DNA of 64,000 nucleotides from Paraglomus brasilianum (Eukaryota): NCBI GenBank assembly GCA_910592345.1, contig CAJVPI010000052.1, positions 1 to 64,000 of the forward strand, read 5' to 3'. Shown piece by piece: positions 38,796 to 52,200 of this stretch (position 1 is its first letter; each line of letters starts with the position of its first letter). The notes under the pieces were generated by a model. It saw only the letters and a program-made list of their open reading frames with translations, ran no database searches and was not told where the DNA came from. The position numbers and the translations under genes were made by a program.

Positions 38796-41712
38796 TTAAG
38801 ATTGCAATACATAATAGCATACGTTTACAGAAATCCTATCTAACTGACGTACTATAAAACGGCGAGTACCAACAGCTAAAATAACATATCCGTCTAGAAA
38901 ATCTCCAATCCTATTGGTTATTGCGCCAACACGTATATCATGGACACCTGAAAATTCGGTGTTTGATAGCTTCTTCCATGGGCCCATTGCAATAATTGAC
39001 ATATAGTTCTCCAGCTGTGTGATTGCGCTATTCAATACATCACCTATTGTTGTCACCTCTGCTCTGTTGTAGGGGATGTATTTCCTCTTCAACAGTGCCC
39101 CTTCTCCTTCTGACTCAAGGTTCCTGTTGAAATTGTCCAGCTGTGATGCAGTGAAGTTGCTACACCAGGATCCAGCTTCCCCACTTAACAAACCCAAGAG
39201 TGAAAAGAGCTTTAACTCTACAACAATACTCAGAGTCCGGGTATCCAAAATTGAACGTTTGGTAACAAAGAGATCAGGGAATTTGTAACGCCCTTCACCA
39301 TAACATTTCCTTGAATCTGCCATGAGACAGAGTTCAGAAGCCCGACCACTGAATGGAATTAGTGACAGAAGAGCAGATTTTAGTGCACGCTCATTGACTG
39401 TTTGTAGGTCTCTTGTTGATTCACTCCTGAAGTAGTTCTTCATAATTTCAATAAACGAGTTTACTGTTCCATCCAAAAGGTCTTGGTATACCCTCTCCCT
39501 ATCTTCAGTAGTACCAGCAAAATTGTTGGCACATTGCTCTTCAATTAATTGTGCAATCACCTGAATGAAAAAAGTATTAACAGTTTTTTTAATTTGACAG
39601 AAAATCCAAGGAAAGACCAAAGTAAAAGCATACCACATTCTGTATGTTCTGGTTTGGTACTATCAATCCCCCTTGTGAATGATGTGTAAGCACACCTAGG
39701 TAATAGAGCAATGAGCATGCAGTCTTAAGGCAGCTAGCATCATGCCCTATCATTGGAGCACTGAGGACTTCAGAAAAGGAAATATTGGGGTTGAATTCTG
39801 CCTGCATAGGTTCTCCTGAATAGAGAGTGATGAGGTCTTTATATTTGATTAGATTATGTCTAGCAATCATTCCAAAGAAATGAGTTGCATCAGACAAACC
39901 ACTTATAAGTTCAAAGAGATATTCCCGATCATTATACCGCTCAAGAGCATTAAAGACCAAAAGAGGATTGTAGACTGGTTGGATAGTGTCAGCTCCTGGC
40001 TTGCAAAACAAATATCCATCACAAGAATGCTTCAAAACATCTAGAAGAACTGTCTTATCCTCCTCATCCAAAACAAGATACTCTTCAACTAACCCTTTGA
40101 TATCTTCATCAAAAAAGCCACAAGCACTGTGAAACTTGACATCAGTTGATATATTTCTAAAATTAGCTATTGAACTTAGTCTGCGTTGGAACATTGGAGT
40201 AATACCAGTTATAAATAACTTGTGTATCACCCTATTGAATTCTCCTCCACATCCCAGCTTGAGGGCAGAGAAGAGGTTTGCATCGAAAAAATCTTCAAGA
40301 GAGGTAAAGTGTTCACGTGAAACAGGGTTCCATAGTTTAATCCCACCATTCTGCAGATAACGATTTCCAGGACGATCATACTCATCTACTGCAATGAAGA
40401 GTGTTTTTTTTCGGTCACGGACTAGATTCTTCATAAAAAAAAAAGTGTTAGATGTAGATGACATATGTACACACAATAAAAAAATTGGAATATCTAGAAA
40501 CCTACAAAGATGTTTAAAAAGGACTCAGATGCAGTCTCATCAATTAATTCATTGATATCTGGGTATCCTAACTCTTCTGCATATTTTTTGATAAAGAATT
40601 TCAGCATTTTGTTAATTATTCGGTTGAAACTATTCCTCATAATGTTCATGTTTTCCGTTTCAACACTTGATAGGTTAAGAAGTAGAACGAGATGTTGGTT
40701 GGCCCAGCGTGTGGGATTTTCCCCAATGTCAAGGCCTCCAAATAGTGACTGGAAGATGTTCTTAGTGTGAACATCATAGTAAGCTGCAAGTGTGCTGACC
40801 AAGGTTGATTTGCCAAATTGTCGAGGACGAAGAAACAAAATTTTATAATCTGGCTGCTGAGCCTCAAGTAGCCTAATATATTTTGTCTTATCACAAAAAA
40901 ATCTGTTAGGTGTGTTTCGGAATGCTAAGAAGTCAGGAATGCTATGGGGAACATTTGGATGGACCTGCCAAGATTATAAATTAAAATGTTGAGAATTAAC
41001 TTTTGAGTGAGAAAAATCAATTCTAATTCCAGGAACATACCTCCTGCATATTAATATTATTGTCAGTTGTTTTGTACATATTGGTCCCAGGAATGTTCAC
41101 AATGTGAAGATACTTTGTAGGTTGGTGCTCACTGTCTTCTTCTTGACTTCTTTTTGTAGGTTGGTGCTCACTGTCTTCTTCTCGACTTCTTTTTGTAGGT
41201 TGGTGCTCACTGTCTTCTTCTCGACTTCTTTTTGTAGTTTGCACAACTGATATTGTCAAATAAAACAATGAGCAGACCATAATGAAAAAAAGTGCATGTT
41301 AATGTTAATGTGACATTCATATAAAACATTATTACTATACTACTAAGGTATGAAGATGCATATTATGAAGAACTGGTCTATGTTTTAAATACATTAGAAA
41401 GTAAGCACATAATAATAAACAAAGACACATACCAGAGTTTACTCGGATTGGATTGTCATCATTATTGTAAAGCAATTCTACTAATTTTTGAAGACTTTTT
41501 CCACATTGAATTTTAAAATAATCATCATTGTTGATTTGGATTTCAGTGTCAGGTGTAGTTGCAGAAAGGATAAGTGTGCTGTCAGGAATATCAAGTGCTT
41601 CATTATTGACGATTGTTTGACGAAAATTTATAAGATTTTCTCCTTCTTTGAGTTTAACTACACTTATATTGCGCCCACTGACTTGATAATAGATGGGAAT
41701 TGAGCTGCTCAT
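38796..41712 (-). CDS. Crinkler-like protein: N-terminal header + AAA-ATPase-like domain + PD-(D/E)XK nuclease
   Basis: DFLAFR...FCDKTKYI, Walker A LRPRQFGKST, Walker B IAVDEYD, FITGITP, ACGF, VYNP, LYYLGVLT, VPNQ, then NERALKSALL, ASEL, FPDLFV, VVELK. Exons are joined by GT-AG introns. Confidence 0.85.
41114..41237 (-). repeat. 39-bp coding tandem repeat x3 (TKRSREEDSEHQP)
   Basis: Units start at 41114, 41153 and 41192 on the + strand. Confidence 0.9.
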
Positions 41713-43822
41713 TGTGTCCGTTAAGAAGGAAAAAAAGAAATTGGGTTGGTGCTGACTGTTGTCTTATAACTGTGACTAAGTAACGCGTTGTAAAGAAGTT
41801 TGGGTGGAAAGGTTTTGTTTTCTTTTCGTGTCGGAGGTGTGGGGGAAAAAAGTTTCGGTTTGTTTTCGTGTCGGGGGTGAAAAAAAAAGTTGTGCGGAAA
41901 AGCTTTGTTTTCGTGTCAGATGGCGTTTCAGATAAAATGCTTGCCCATTGGCTCCCTCGTGACTCAAGTTGTGCATATTGCCGATATCATACGCAATTGT
42001 AGAAAAAAGTTCTATACTTCTCGAAAAAGAACGTTGTTTTACTGGTATTGTGTAAAGATTTCTTTCACTAAAATGTTGCCAAAATAAATAATAATAATAA
42101 TAATAAGCCGATTCTTGCCATAATACTAGATGGGGTAGAAAACTGCAGTATGAAGAGTTATTTATTTGTCTGTTTTTGTTCTGAATCGCTTATTTATATT
42201 TAGGTGAAGCGAATGAGTGAGTGTGTTCACTTTGTCTGGTTTGTTGCAGCACGCTATATAACACTAATTGTCGCCGTTGTTTTGATCACAAAAACCTGCT
42301 AATTATTTTCTAGTAGTCACTTTTAACAAACTATTAACAAAATGAACAAGCTCCGATTTTAAAAACTAGCGAGAGACTATATTACACTTGGAACATAAGA
42401 ATCCGTTCAGCCAAAGACATACAAAGATTCCAATGCGGACTATCTATAACAACTTAAAACCAGTAACCGTTGGCGGCAGAAATTGAAAGCAATCTGGAAG
42501 CGCGCGTCGTACCTTTTTGAATCAAACAGGCTTAAGCTCTTTTTTTTTTGTTCTGCAAGATGCCACTTGGACCTGGAAAAGAATGTTGATTCCCTTTACC
42601 TTTTTCAGCGCAATCGGCATAAATTTGCTAATTTAATTCCCTTTTAGCCAATTCTTCTTATGTTCTTGGTGTGTTATTTCTCTGTTGGCTAGGCGGTTAT
42701 GAAGTACTTCCTAGAGGTGTTTAGCGACATCATGGTTTGCATTTGTAGACATATGTGGAAAACGACATTGGATGATTGAATTCCATACCATAGATAAAAA
42801 ATTTTCGTATTGTTTTACGTATTCCGGATTCGATGATCTAGTAATATGCTCTATTTATCCGCGTAAATTATTCTAACAGCGTTTCGCAACCGTAAGATTG
42901 TATGATATTTAGATTCCAAGAAATAGGTACAAGACAATTGAGAACAAGAAAACTGCGTTAGCTAGCTTAGGTGTGATTAATAATTTGTTGCATTGTCTTT
43001 TGAGCGTTTACGTGAGTTGCGTTCTAACTTCAAAAAAAATCATTACAGTACTATTGAATTACCATCAATCACTTGTTGTTGCCTGTACAATATAGAGTCT
43101 TTTTTTTTGGCAAGCTATATAAGTATTGCTCGGTTGAAATATTCAAAAAATTACTTAGGGCGCGATTTATACTATCGTACAAAGTCTTGGCAACCATTAC
43201 AAAGATAAATATTTGAATTTTTGCACCTTATTCATATTAGCATATTATCTGTCAGAACATAAACCGTATTTTTAAACCTTCTTTTCACAGTTGAAATAGC
43301 TTGTGGATATAAATTAAATGAACACCTCGTCTCTTAAACCCTTTTTGATGTGCACATGTGAACTTTTGAGTCACTATATATAAAAAAGGATTTACTATTC
43401 TCATTATTAAATTTAATCAATTATGAAAATGAATAATTAGCGGAAGATAAATAGAAATTAATTACGGCAAAAGTCACATATTTGAGTGACACGTGCCACA
43501 AAGTTTGGCAGCTCCGTGACTCCGATCGATAGACTTTCCAGACACGCAGTGAACTGAACTCTGGACAACAGCGAATTCGCTCACCACACCAAAGATTAAT
43601 TGTTAAATCCTTCTGTACTGAATATACGAGATAAACTAAAATGACTTATTTGCCAAGTTCTGTCATCTCTTTAATCTCAACTACGAATGAAATTGAATAC
43701 TTGTTGGAATTCCGGCTCTCCGATAAACAATGATAGGACGGTAAACATTCCTGCTGTACTACATTCTGCCAGCAGGATAAAAACTTGGGTTGTAGAAAAC
43801 AGTATCATCCACGACTATTCAA

Positions 43823-44272
43823 ATGGACTCATCACTCGATAATGACATAAACGTAGTTATCTCAAAGTATTTTAAAGACTCGCCTCTTAACCACAAAATA
43901 GCCTCCGAATACAATTCACTCTGCCGCACCATTATTCGGCATATTCCCGAGATGTCATTCGATGAGCGAGCATTATTAAAATATGTGAAGAGAAGCGAAG
44001 AAGACCCAACTCCTGAAGGCGAACCAGCAACTCGAAAACGAAAGCGTCCTCCCAATGCGTATTTCTTGTTCATGACCACCTTTAAAGAGTTAGTAAATAG
44101 ACTGGCAATTGATGAGAGTCTTGACGGTAAAAAGCGGCAAAGGTTAGGAGCAACATTTTGGAATTGTCTGAAGAAGGAGTACCAAGCGCCTTATATGCTT
44201 GTAGCCAAAGAAGCTCGAAAAGATTTTCCGCAGATGACTTACGTACGAAGACGTTCACAAAGGAATAAGTAG
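43823..44272 (+). CDS. MATA/SOX-type HMG-box protein, single exon
   Basis: KRPPNAYFLFM...LGATFWNCLKKEYQAPYMLVAKEARKDFPQMTY. Confidence 0.8.
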   Translation: MDSSLDNDINVVISKYFKDSPLNHKIASEYNSLCRTIIRHIPEMSFDERALLKYVKRSEEDPTPEGEPATRKRKRPPNAYFLFMTTFKELVNRLAIDESLDGKKRQRLGATFWNCLKKEYQAPYMLVAKEARKDFPQMTYVRRRSQRNK

Positions 44273-47200
44273 AATTATTTCAATCTTTGAAGTTTGAGGA
44301 TTGTGGAAATGGATAGAATATTATGACAACAGGTACATTGAATAATTTACTTCGCTTTTTATAATGCGCGTATTAGAGAACGGGACATTAGATCGCAGTT
44401 TTGACAGAGGGAGTGGGGAGGTGTTGCGATTGCCCGCGGTTATTTAGGGATCCTTCGTCAATTTTGACGGACGCAACGTATCAACATAATCATTACAACC
44501 ATGTCTGGGAAAATCCTGACTTTGGATTTGTCGCTGGTCGTCATGATGTAGTTCTAGTTTCGAACAGCTCTTATCTTTGATAGAGTTTCAATCTTGTGCA
44601 ATTTTCCAAAATAATTACGATAGGATTAAAAATTTGGGCTCTTTTCATTTAACTCTGCATCTATATAGGAGCATTATTATCTTAAAAAGCAGACCTAGGT
44701 TTGTGTGAAAAACAATATGATTTTATAATAAATTATGCTGTAATTTACGTTCTGCACTATGAATAGCCTGACTCGTCTTAAAAAACCATTACTTCATACG
44801 CTTTAACGTTCAATCGTAGGTGCTGTTAGTAGGAAATGCAAGTTTCCATACCACTGCTACTCTAATTACCAAAATTACCGTAGGAGACGTCGGTTTTTTA
44901 TGCTAATCTCTACTGTATTTTTCGATTGTAAACACAATATATTATTATTTCTATCTGTTCTTAAACATTCAAAAAGAAAGACGGGATGCCAGCGCTTTTG
45001 ATGGAATAATGCAAGCTTCAATGACACCTCTGCCCGAATTGTCACGAGAGAACCAAAGCAGTTCTAGTTGACCTGATTGCATGCGGAGCCATTGATTTTA
45101 TGGATCTAAATGCATGATCGTGTGTTTTTTTTCGAGAGACACGAAGACATGGTCTTGGATTGCCAATATGAAGAGAAACTTGGTTTGGTACGAGACGACG
45201 TATATTATAGATTCTTTGGCGTAGTTAACATTCTTGCCTAGAAAACTTAAAGCCAAACGGGTATTCCCGATGTCTGTCACTGAACAACTATAAATAATAA
45301 GGACGTCAAGCTATTGAAGGTTTTACCAAATTTACTTTTCGTAATAGCTTGTGTCCAATGTAATAAGATAACAGGTATTCTGATGTTGTACGATCCTGGA
45401 AAAGATTTGTAATGCATGTACCCTCACGTCAGATTTGTAAACCGTCTCAACAATCGATTCTTCGCTTAACTAGAAATGTCCGGTAGCACAATGTTACGCG
45501 ATGAGCCATTATTTAAACAATTATTTGCGCAATTCCGAGAAATTTGCTGTGGTAGACGAGCAAAATACTTATATTTGCAAGTTATTATACTAACATCATC
45601 GATAAGCTATATTATTACGATAGATCAATTAAGTAGTGGAAAAAGAGCATCTGATGAGACACTAACGTAACAATAACAGAAAAATATACCGATGTCAGTT
45701 TGGCAGCTCGGGTTTCAAGAATTTACGTGTAAAGTTTGAAGCGGTTGGCTTTTCTCATCCTTTGGCTTTAAATTTTCATAAGTAAATTATTTTACTTAAT
45801 TGTATCAATTGGCTCGTGTCATCTAATAACCAATGAACTTCATTTGTTTGGTTTTGCTATGTCGTTTCCGAATTTTAATTTCTCGTTTTCATTACTTTTT
45901 CTATAATACCAAAACATCTGAATTAGCAAAAGATGCTATCAATTGAATAGGGAAGAAAAATAATCATATGCGTAATTTTACAGATTTTTAGCCGACCCAA
46001 AGCCAATTAAACATCTTTAAAAAATGCCATAGTGTTGGATACATTTTTCCAAAATCGATACTTTTTGCTTCACATTTCCGACTAAGAACTCATTATCTTT
46101 CTTGCCATGAATAACTGTCTGAACCCATACTAGGTTTACATAGCTTTCAATGAATCTGGAATAAAGATGTTATTCATTAACATATTTTTCTTCAATATTA
46201 CGACTTTAGTATTCTCTCACGTCTAACGTTATGATTCTTAAATGGACCAAATGGAATTGCCTTTATATCGGCAGTTTACAAACAAACTCACAATATCAAA
46301 TATAGATATTCCTCGTATTAGTGAAACATGCGCACTGAATATTGACTTGAATATTTGCTATTATATTACATGACAGGATAAATTTTGATCGTTTTTCTAC
46401 AAGAACATGTTCATTATGGAATGCTTAATGTGTACCTTCAAACATAGATATCTTGATCACAAAGTCACTTCGAATTGCAAAGGCCAATTTGCTAAATTAT
46501 CTTCTTTATTATATGTGACTGCCTATATTCTTGCCAGTTTATGGATAACTTCTGCGGAACGTAAAATATGACGAATTTTCACAACTTCTGGCACTCACGC
46601 ATGGTTTTGTCAACACGTTTGGACAAGTAAACTATGACGCTTATCAGCAGCAAGTGAGCAAAGATTTAACAGCAAGGTAGCAAGGTATCTGGCCATCGGT
46701 TACAAGTTGGTGAAAGCAAAGGCAGCCAGTGGATCAAATAATTTTCATAAGGAGATTACCGTAGCTGCTCATTTACGGTTATGTTTGACCACATAATAAT
46801 AATCCATGTGCACCATTCTTATTATAAAATCGTGTAAGGTTGATTATGATTAATTGGTATACACGATGAAACAGTTAGCAAACGGTTAAGTAAGTTTTTG
46901 ACAAGGCAAAATTTATGGCTGATGGAATTGCTTGCAGGCTTGAAAAAAGATACCCGGAATAAATACCGAAGTACAGTGTATTACAGCAAATATTATTATC
47001 ACGAAAGTATTAACTGATTTGAGCATACATCGGGTGTTACGAAATGCATATGCATACTAATACGAATATTAAATGATGACGTATGATCCTCCCTATTTTT
47101 TTGGAATTAAACTGCCTAGATCATATTGAGGCCTATTAGCGTTGCTGGAGCGGGAAAAGAGAATCTTTATTGATTTAATTTAGATAGTTGCCAGAGTTTA

Positions 47201-47824
47201 CACTGTTTCAAGTATGCTCATTAACACAAGTTCATGTATAGATTAACACATTCCGCAGCTAGTGAGATTCAAGCGAATTATTGCTATTATTGTTATATGA
47301 ATTAGTCCAACATGTCGCACTCCTGAAATCCTTTTGTGACTGGTATTTATGGATGAGTAATACATATCATGTGATATATCTCCGAACGGAATTCCATGTC
47401 TGAAAGCTGATACACATAATAATTAAACGGATACAGTCACTGTACCACACATCATGCTGCAGAAATTAACAGTATAACAACAATGCATCGCACACATTAA
47501 TTCACTTCATCTGTAATTTACACCGCTATTTGACCTTCAGTTCTTGCCCAAGTCCCTAAATTCGCTCTTTATTCTTCCCCACCATCACCTCCGCACTCTT
47601 TATTCGGCTACTCCTCCCGCTACATTCCATCCTCGGACGTAGCCCTACCGATTTTCTCACATACATCCCGCGCTCTTTATTATATATTGTAGCCTAATAA
47701 TATTCACGTATTTATATTATGTAACATAATCTCAAACATAATAACAAAGCCTTTAATACATTCTCTAATAACTCTATTCACTTTTGGGTCTTGGGCATTT
47801 TAATAGATATAATTCTTCAAGAAA

Positions 47825-49649
47825 ATGAGATCTGTTGTGGTTCTTTTGCTTCAGTTGATAATGGCCTTGACGGCCCTAACTTTACTCGTACAGGCTGCTC
47901 CTCAGGACCCCGCTCCTGTCCCTCCCGCTACTACTGCTCCTGCTCCAGCTCCAAGTAACTATTATATTAACTGATCGTATTGATGTATATGGATTATTGT
48001 TTGCTTATACCTATTAGTACTGATGATTTTCTTCTCTGCTCTTTTCATTGTCGCTAAATGACCTAAAACTGATTGTTCTTAATGTATGCACGAACTATGT
48101 CTATTAATCAAACGTCATCGATGTATGATCACTAGCCGACACAGCCGTTACTCCTCCCGCCGTTACTCCTCCCGCCGTTACTCCTCCTGCCGTTACTCCT
48201 CCCGCCGTAACACCCCCCGCCACAACACCTCCCGTCGCAACACCTCCTGTAGCTACACCCGCACCTGTCCCTACTGATACCGTCGCGCAACCAGCTACTA
48301 CAATATCTACTTCACAGCCTTCTGCAATACAACCATCTTCATCACCATCTTCAGTCCCTGTTCCTTGTATTCCCGACGCAACAACTCCAGGTAATCTGAC
48401 ATGCACTGATACCAACAGCTATTGCAACACTACTAGTCAACTTTGTACTGCAAAACAAGCGAGCGGTTCATCGTGCAGTAGCAATAATGAATGCTTGTCA
48501 AGTAGTTGCGATAATGGCGTATGTTCGGACGGACAATCAGATGCAGGAAGTACAACAGACACGGGAAGTGGGTCAAAAAGCAACACGTTAGTTAAAGTTG
48601 CTATCACCGGTGGTGTTGTTGGACTCATAGCCGTGTTGGGCCTTGCATTCTGGGCAATCCGTTCTCGCAGAAAAAAGCAGTCAGGTGGATATAAATCAAG
48701 CGGACCTGGCGTTGCCCCAAGTGTATATAATGATGCAACATCCTTGAGCGTAGAGAAACGAACTAGTAATGGTGGATATCCATTCTCAGCTCCATATACT
48801 GGATTTTCCAGCAACAACATTCAGGAACCAGACTCAACTCATTATGTGAACAATATACAAGCATCAAATAGAGCGAATGATCAAGAAGATTACGTTGATC
48901 AGAGAATGATAGCCGAATATAATGCAGGGCAAAACACAGATCAAAACAGGGGATTCTCGAATAATGGCGGAAATTACTATTCTGAAGAGTACAATGGTTA
49001 CGACAACAGTTCGTTTGATCAACGATCTCCTCCCACTTTTCCACCTCCAGCGGTGGTAGTTCCTATACCGGAACGTCAGTCACGTGAGGCAAGGATGTCT
49101 GATAATGATTCGGGTCATTCTGGCAAATTAGATTTGGCTATTGCAGCAAGAGATCTTCTTAAACAAGGCACAGGTAATCCTGAGGTCATGCTAAACGGCG
49201 ATGCTGTATCCGCCAAATCTCCACGGGATTCTAATGGATCCTACATAAGCAACCAGGATGATGACAATTACCTTGCAACAGAACCGATGTATCTTGGTAT
49301 TGATAATTTTGCAGAAGATGATATGCGAACTACGAAGAATAAGCCTACTAATGGGCGGTACAAGATGCAATCAATGTATTCTAGAGATTCAAACTTCTTT
49401 GCTGGAGCACAAAACGTTCCTCCGAATCCACGTGCAGTCCAACGTAGATCGTCTTCGAAGAGAACCCTCGATGCATTTGGTGGTGGTGATGCTGGATCTG
49501 ATTACAGTGATGACGAGTCCATCATTTCCGTATCACGTGTTCCACAGGCATCGGTATCTACTCAACATGCACCAATATTCAAGTCTTATCAGGCATCTGC
49601 TGAGGATGGATCAAATATGTCCGAGCGGTATAGGCGTGGCAGGAATTAG
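47825..49649 (+). CDS. Type I membrane protein: signal peptide, Pro/Thr-rich stalk, Cys-rich module, one TM helix, long cytoplasmic tail
   Basis: Exon 1 is MRSVVVLLLQLIMALTALTLLVQAAP. Exon 2 from 48136 is in frame with ORF 48495 and carries AVTPP repeats, an 8-Cys module and TM VAITGGVVGLIAVLGLAFWAI followed by RSRRKK. Confidence 0.8.
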
Positions 49650-50059
49650 GCACAAAAAAATGCGAGTTTTTTAGAAATTAGACTTAGACATTTTGAATGG
49701 ATAGATGCTGGCATCTGAAAGAGAACATATATTCTAATAAGTAACAATAGGAAATAATGTCTGATACAATTGTTACTCTACCTACCGTGTGTAATTGCTT
49801 GTATGTTTTCGTCGATGTTATGCATTCAGAACACTGTCTGGTTCTGCCGAGTTTTGTATTACTATTGTAATTGTTGATAACTCTCCCTGAAATAAATCGC
49901 GACGTTAACTCTCGAGTTTGCATCACCAAATTTGAGTTAACCTAATTCGTATAACACGTGATCATACGTAACCAGCCTATTTATTTTTGCTTTGCGCGCG
50001 TTACGTGTTCTTCCGTTGTGAATAAAAGTTCCTCGCGATAGTTACGTGTTCTTCAACAT

Positions 50060-51583
50060 ATGCCAATGTCCTCCTACAGACGTAAATCCAAGCGGCTGAG
50101 ATCGAATACAAGCCCAGTGAACCGGGACAACCAAGAGGAAAGGTCACGCATATTAACTCAGATAGAAGCCTTGGAATCAGAGATTGTTGAATTGCAGACT
50201 AAAATCGATAACGAGAGAAAAAAGAAGCAAGAACTTGTTAGCCCAACAAATGACATTATGTATCCTTGGTTTTAATGTATTTCACCGAGTCGAGCAGTGA
50301 TATTCATTATGTATTCTTAACCTACGGACCTCTACAGACAACATTTGATACAAATAAATGATCACGCTTTAAGATCATCTATAAATCTAAAGTCTGAAGA
50401 AGAGTATAGGACTTCCGGTTTTTACTTGATGAAAAGGAAGGCCCAGTGGCCGATGCTGATGTAATATAATGTTTATTTGACAACTAAGAATTCATTGGAT
50501 GTTCTAACTAACTGGATTTGAGTTCACAGATTAGAAGGCTGTCCAGCTTTACCAAGGTACAATTCTCGAAGGTGACCAATTATTTGGTAACAGCCGCCGA
50601 TGGACGTACGTAATAATAAGTTTATTGTCTGTTGATTGATAACGCGTATGTCTCTACATATAGTATAGCTGTTCACTTTTTTTGCGATCCTGCTGTGCAT
50701 ATAGACCACATAAGGCATTACATACTCTCGGGTGCCTCTTATGGATTGCATTTTTCTGTTGATTTCGATGCCGACGAAACCGAATCATGCATCCAAACAC
50801 TAAGAATAAAAATCGGAGAAAGCATAAAAGCAGAAATAGCAAAGTTTGTAGCAAGGTCAGTTTCCATAGGATGGTTTCTTGATGGATATAACAAAAGCAT
50901 TGGTGTCGACGCCATTTTCATTAGAATTATTTACAAAGATCTCTATTCTTATCCATAATGTTGAGAATGAAAGAAACCTCTTTGGGTTCTTTAAGGGCTT
51001 TGTTCAATATGCAAAATTGAATTACGAGCGCACTTCGCTGTTTGACGTTCTAAAAGGAAAATACCCTGATCTGATCGCGTATAATGATCTAACTCATGGA
51101 AGGAACATGTCCGAAAGTACTTCTGACGTGGGCAACAAAATATGCCCTTTATTACGATTCACCTTAAACAGGTATTATTCAAACTATCGTTATTGTCGAA
51201 AGTTGACAACATCTGTGATCTCATGTCTGTATCTGTATACGTAGTAGTCCCAAACATCCCGATATAATATTTCTCTGGAGGAACAAAGTATCGGACAAAG
51301 GGGAGATATTTCCTGAGGTACAATTGTATCCAAGGATGCCAGAGCAGTGTAAGTTTAAATAATGCTAAAGGTTAAATTGTTATTGAAATCTCTATATTAA
51401 TATGTATTTTATATGGATAGGGACTTGCTGGATGAGAAACATTTAATAGACCAGATCCCATCAAATTTTCATAGACTAGTAGAATTAAAAGGTTACAATC
51501 AGCTGTGGAAATCATGCTTAAATGTATATATGGGGTCTCGTGACAACGGCCTTGCGCGTCGGAAGGAGTTACGTGATCAATAA
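50060..51583 (+). pseudogene. CENPP: CENP-P/Ctf19-like kinetochore gene with apparent lesions
   Basis: N-terminal coiled coil, then RHYILSG, ERNLFGFFKGF...RTSLFDVLKGKYPD, IFLWRNKVSDKGEIFPEVQL and IPSNFHRLVEL, which resemble CENP-P RWD domains. Several frame and splice inconsistencies are present. Confidence 0.7.
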
Positions 51584-52200
51584 GTACTCTTCTTCGTTGA
51601 AGCTTCGGGCTTCTTCGGTTTCGTCTCGGGTGATAGGCCGTGCCGAGAGCCAGATCGAAGAATGTTTCAAATAAAGATTTGAAATTTTGGCCGGTGATTC
51701 TTTCTTTAATTGGTTTATTTATTCTCTGATTCTTCTCTGTTTGATGTGACGGATTCGATCATTAAAAATAACTGGCAATCTTAGCAGACTGATTGCTGAC
51801 AGGTTTTTATCATCTTTAATGCAAAAGTGCAGTTCTAGCACCCAAATTCAAAAGCTGCTGGTATACAGGTCGGTTAATGATTAACTGTCGTTAAGATATG
51901 AATATAATGGGCGATATGAGAAACTTTCTGCAATTGATCACGCGTCGCGTAAATTATCCCGTGACCAAAGCCATTCAACCTGCGAGATCATAAGACTTGC
52001 AAAGCCCAAAGTCAACTTGCTGGTCTAAAAATCACATAATGCATGTGAATTCCGTACAATAACATGCACATCGCACTGTTATTGATAGTATACATTTTTT
52101 AGATTTTTTTGCGGCGCAGCATAACTCCTTTAGAATAGTGGTGTGACCAAAGTGTTTTTCCCAAGTTTGCCGTTTCCATAGTCACGACGCTACCCAAATA

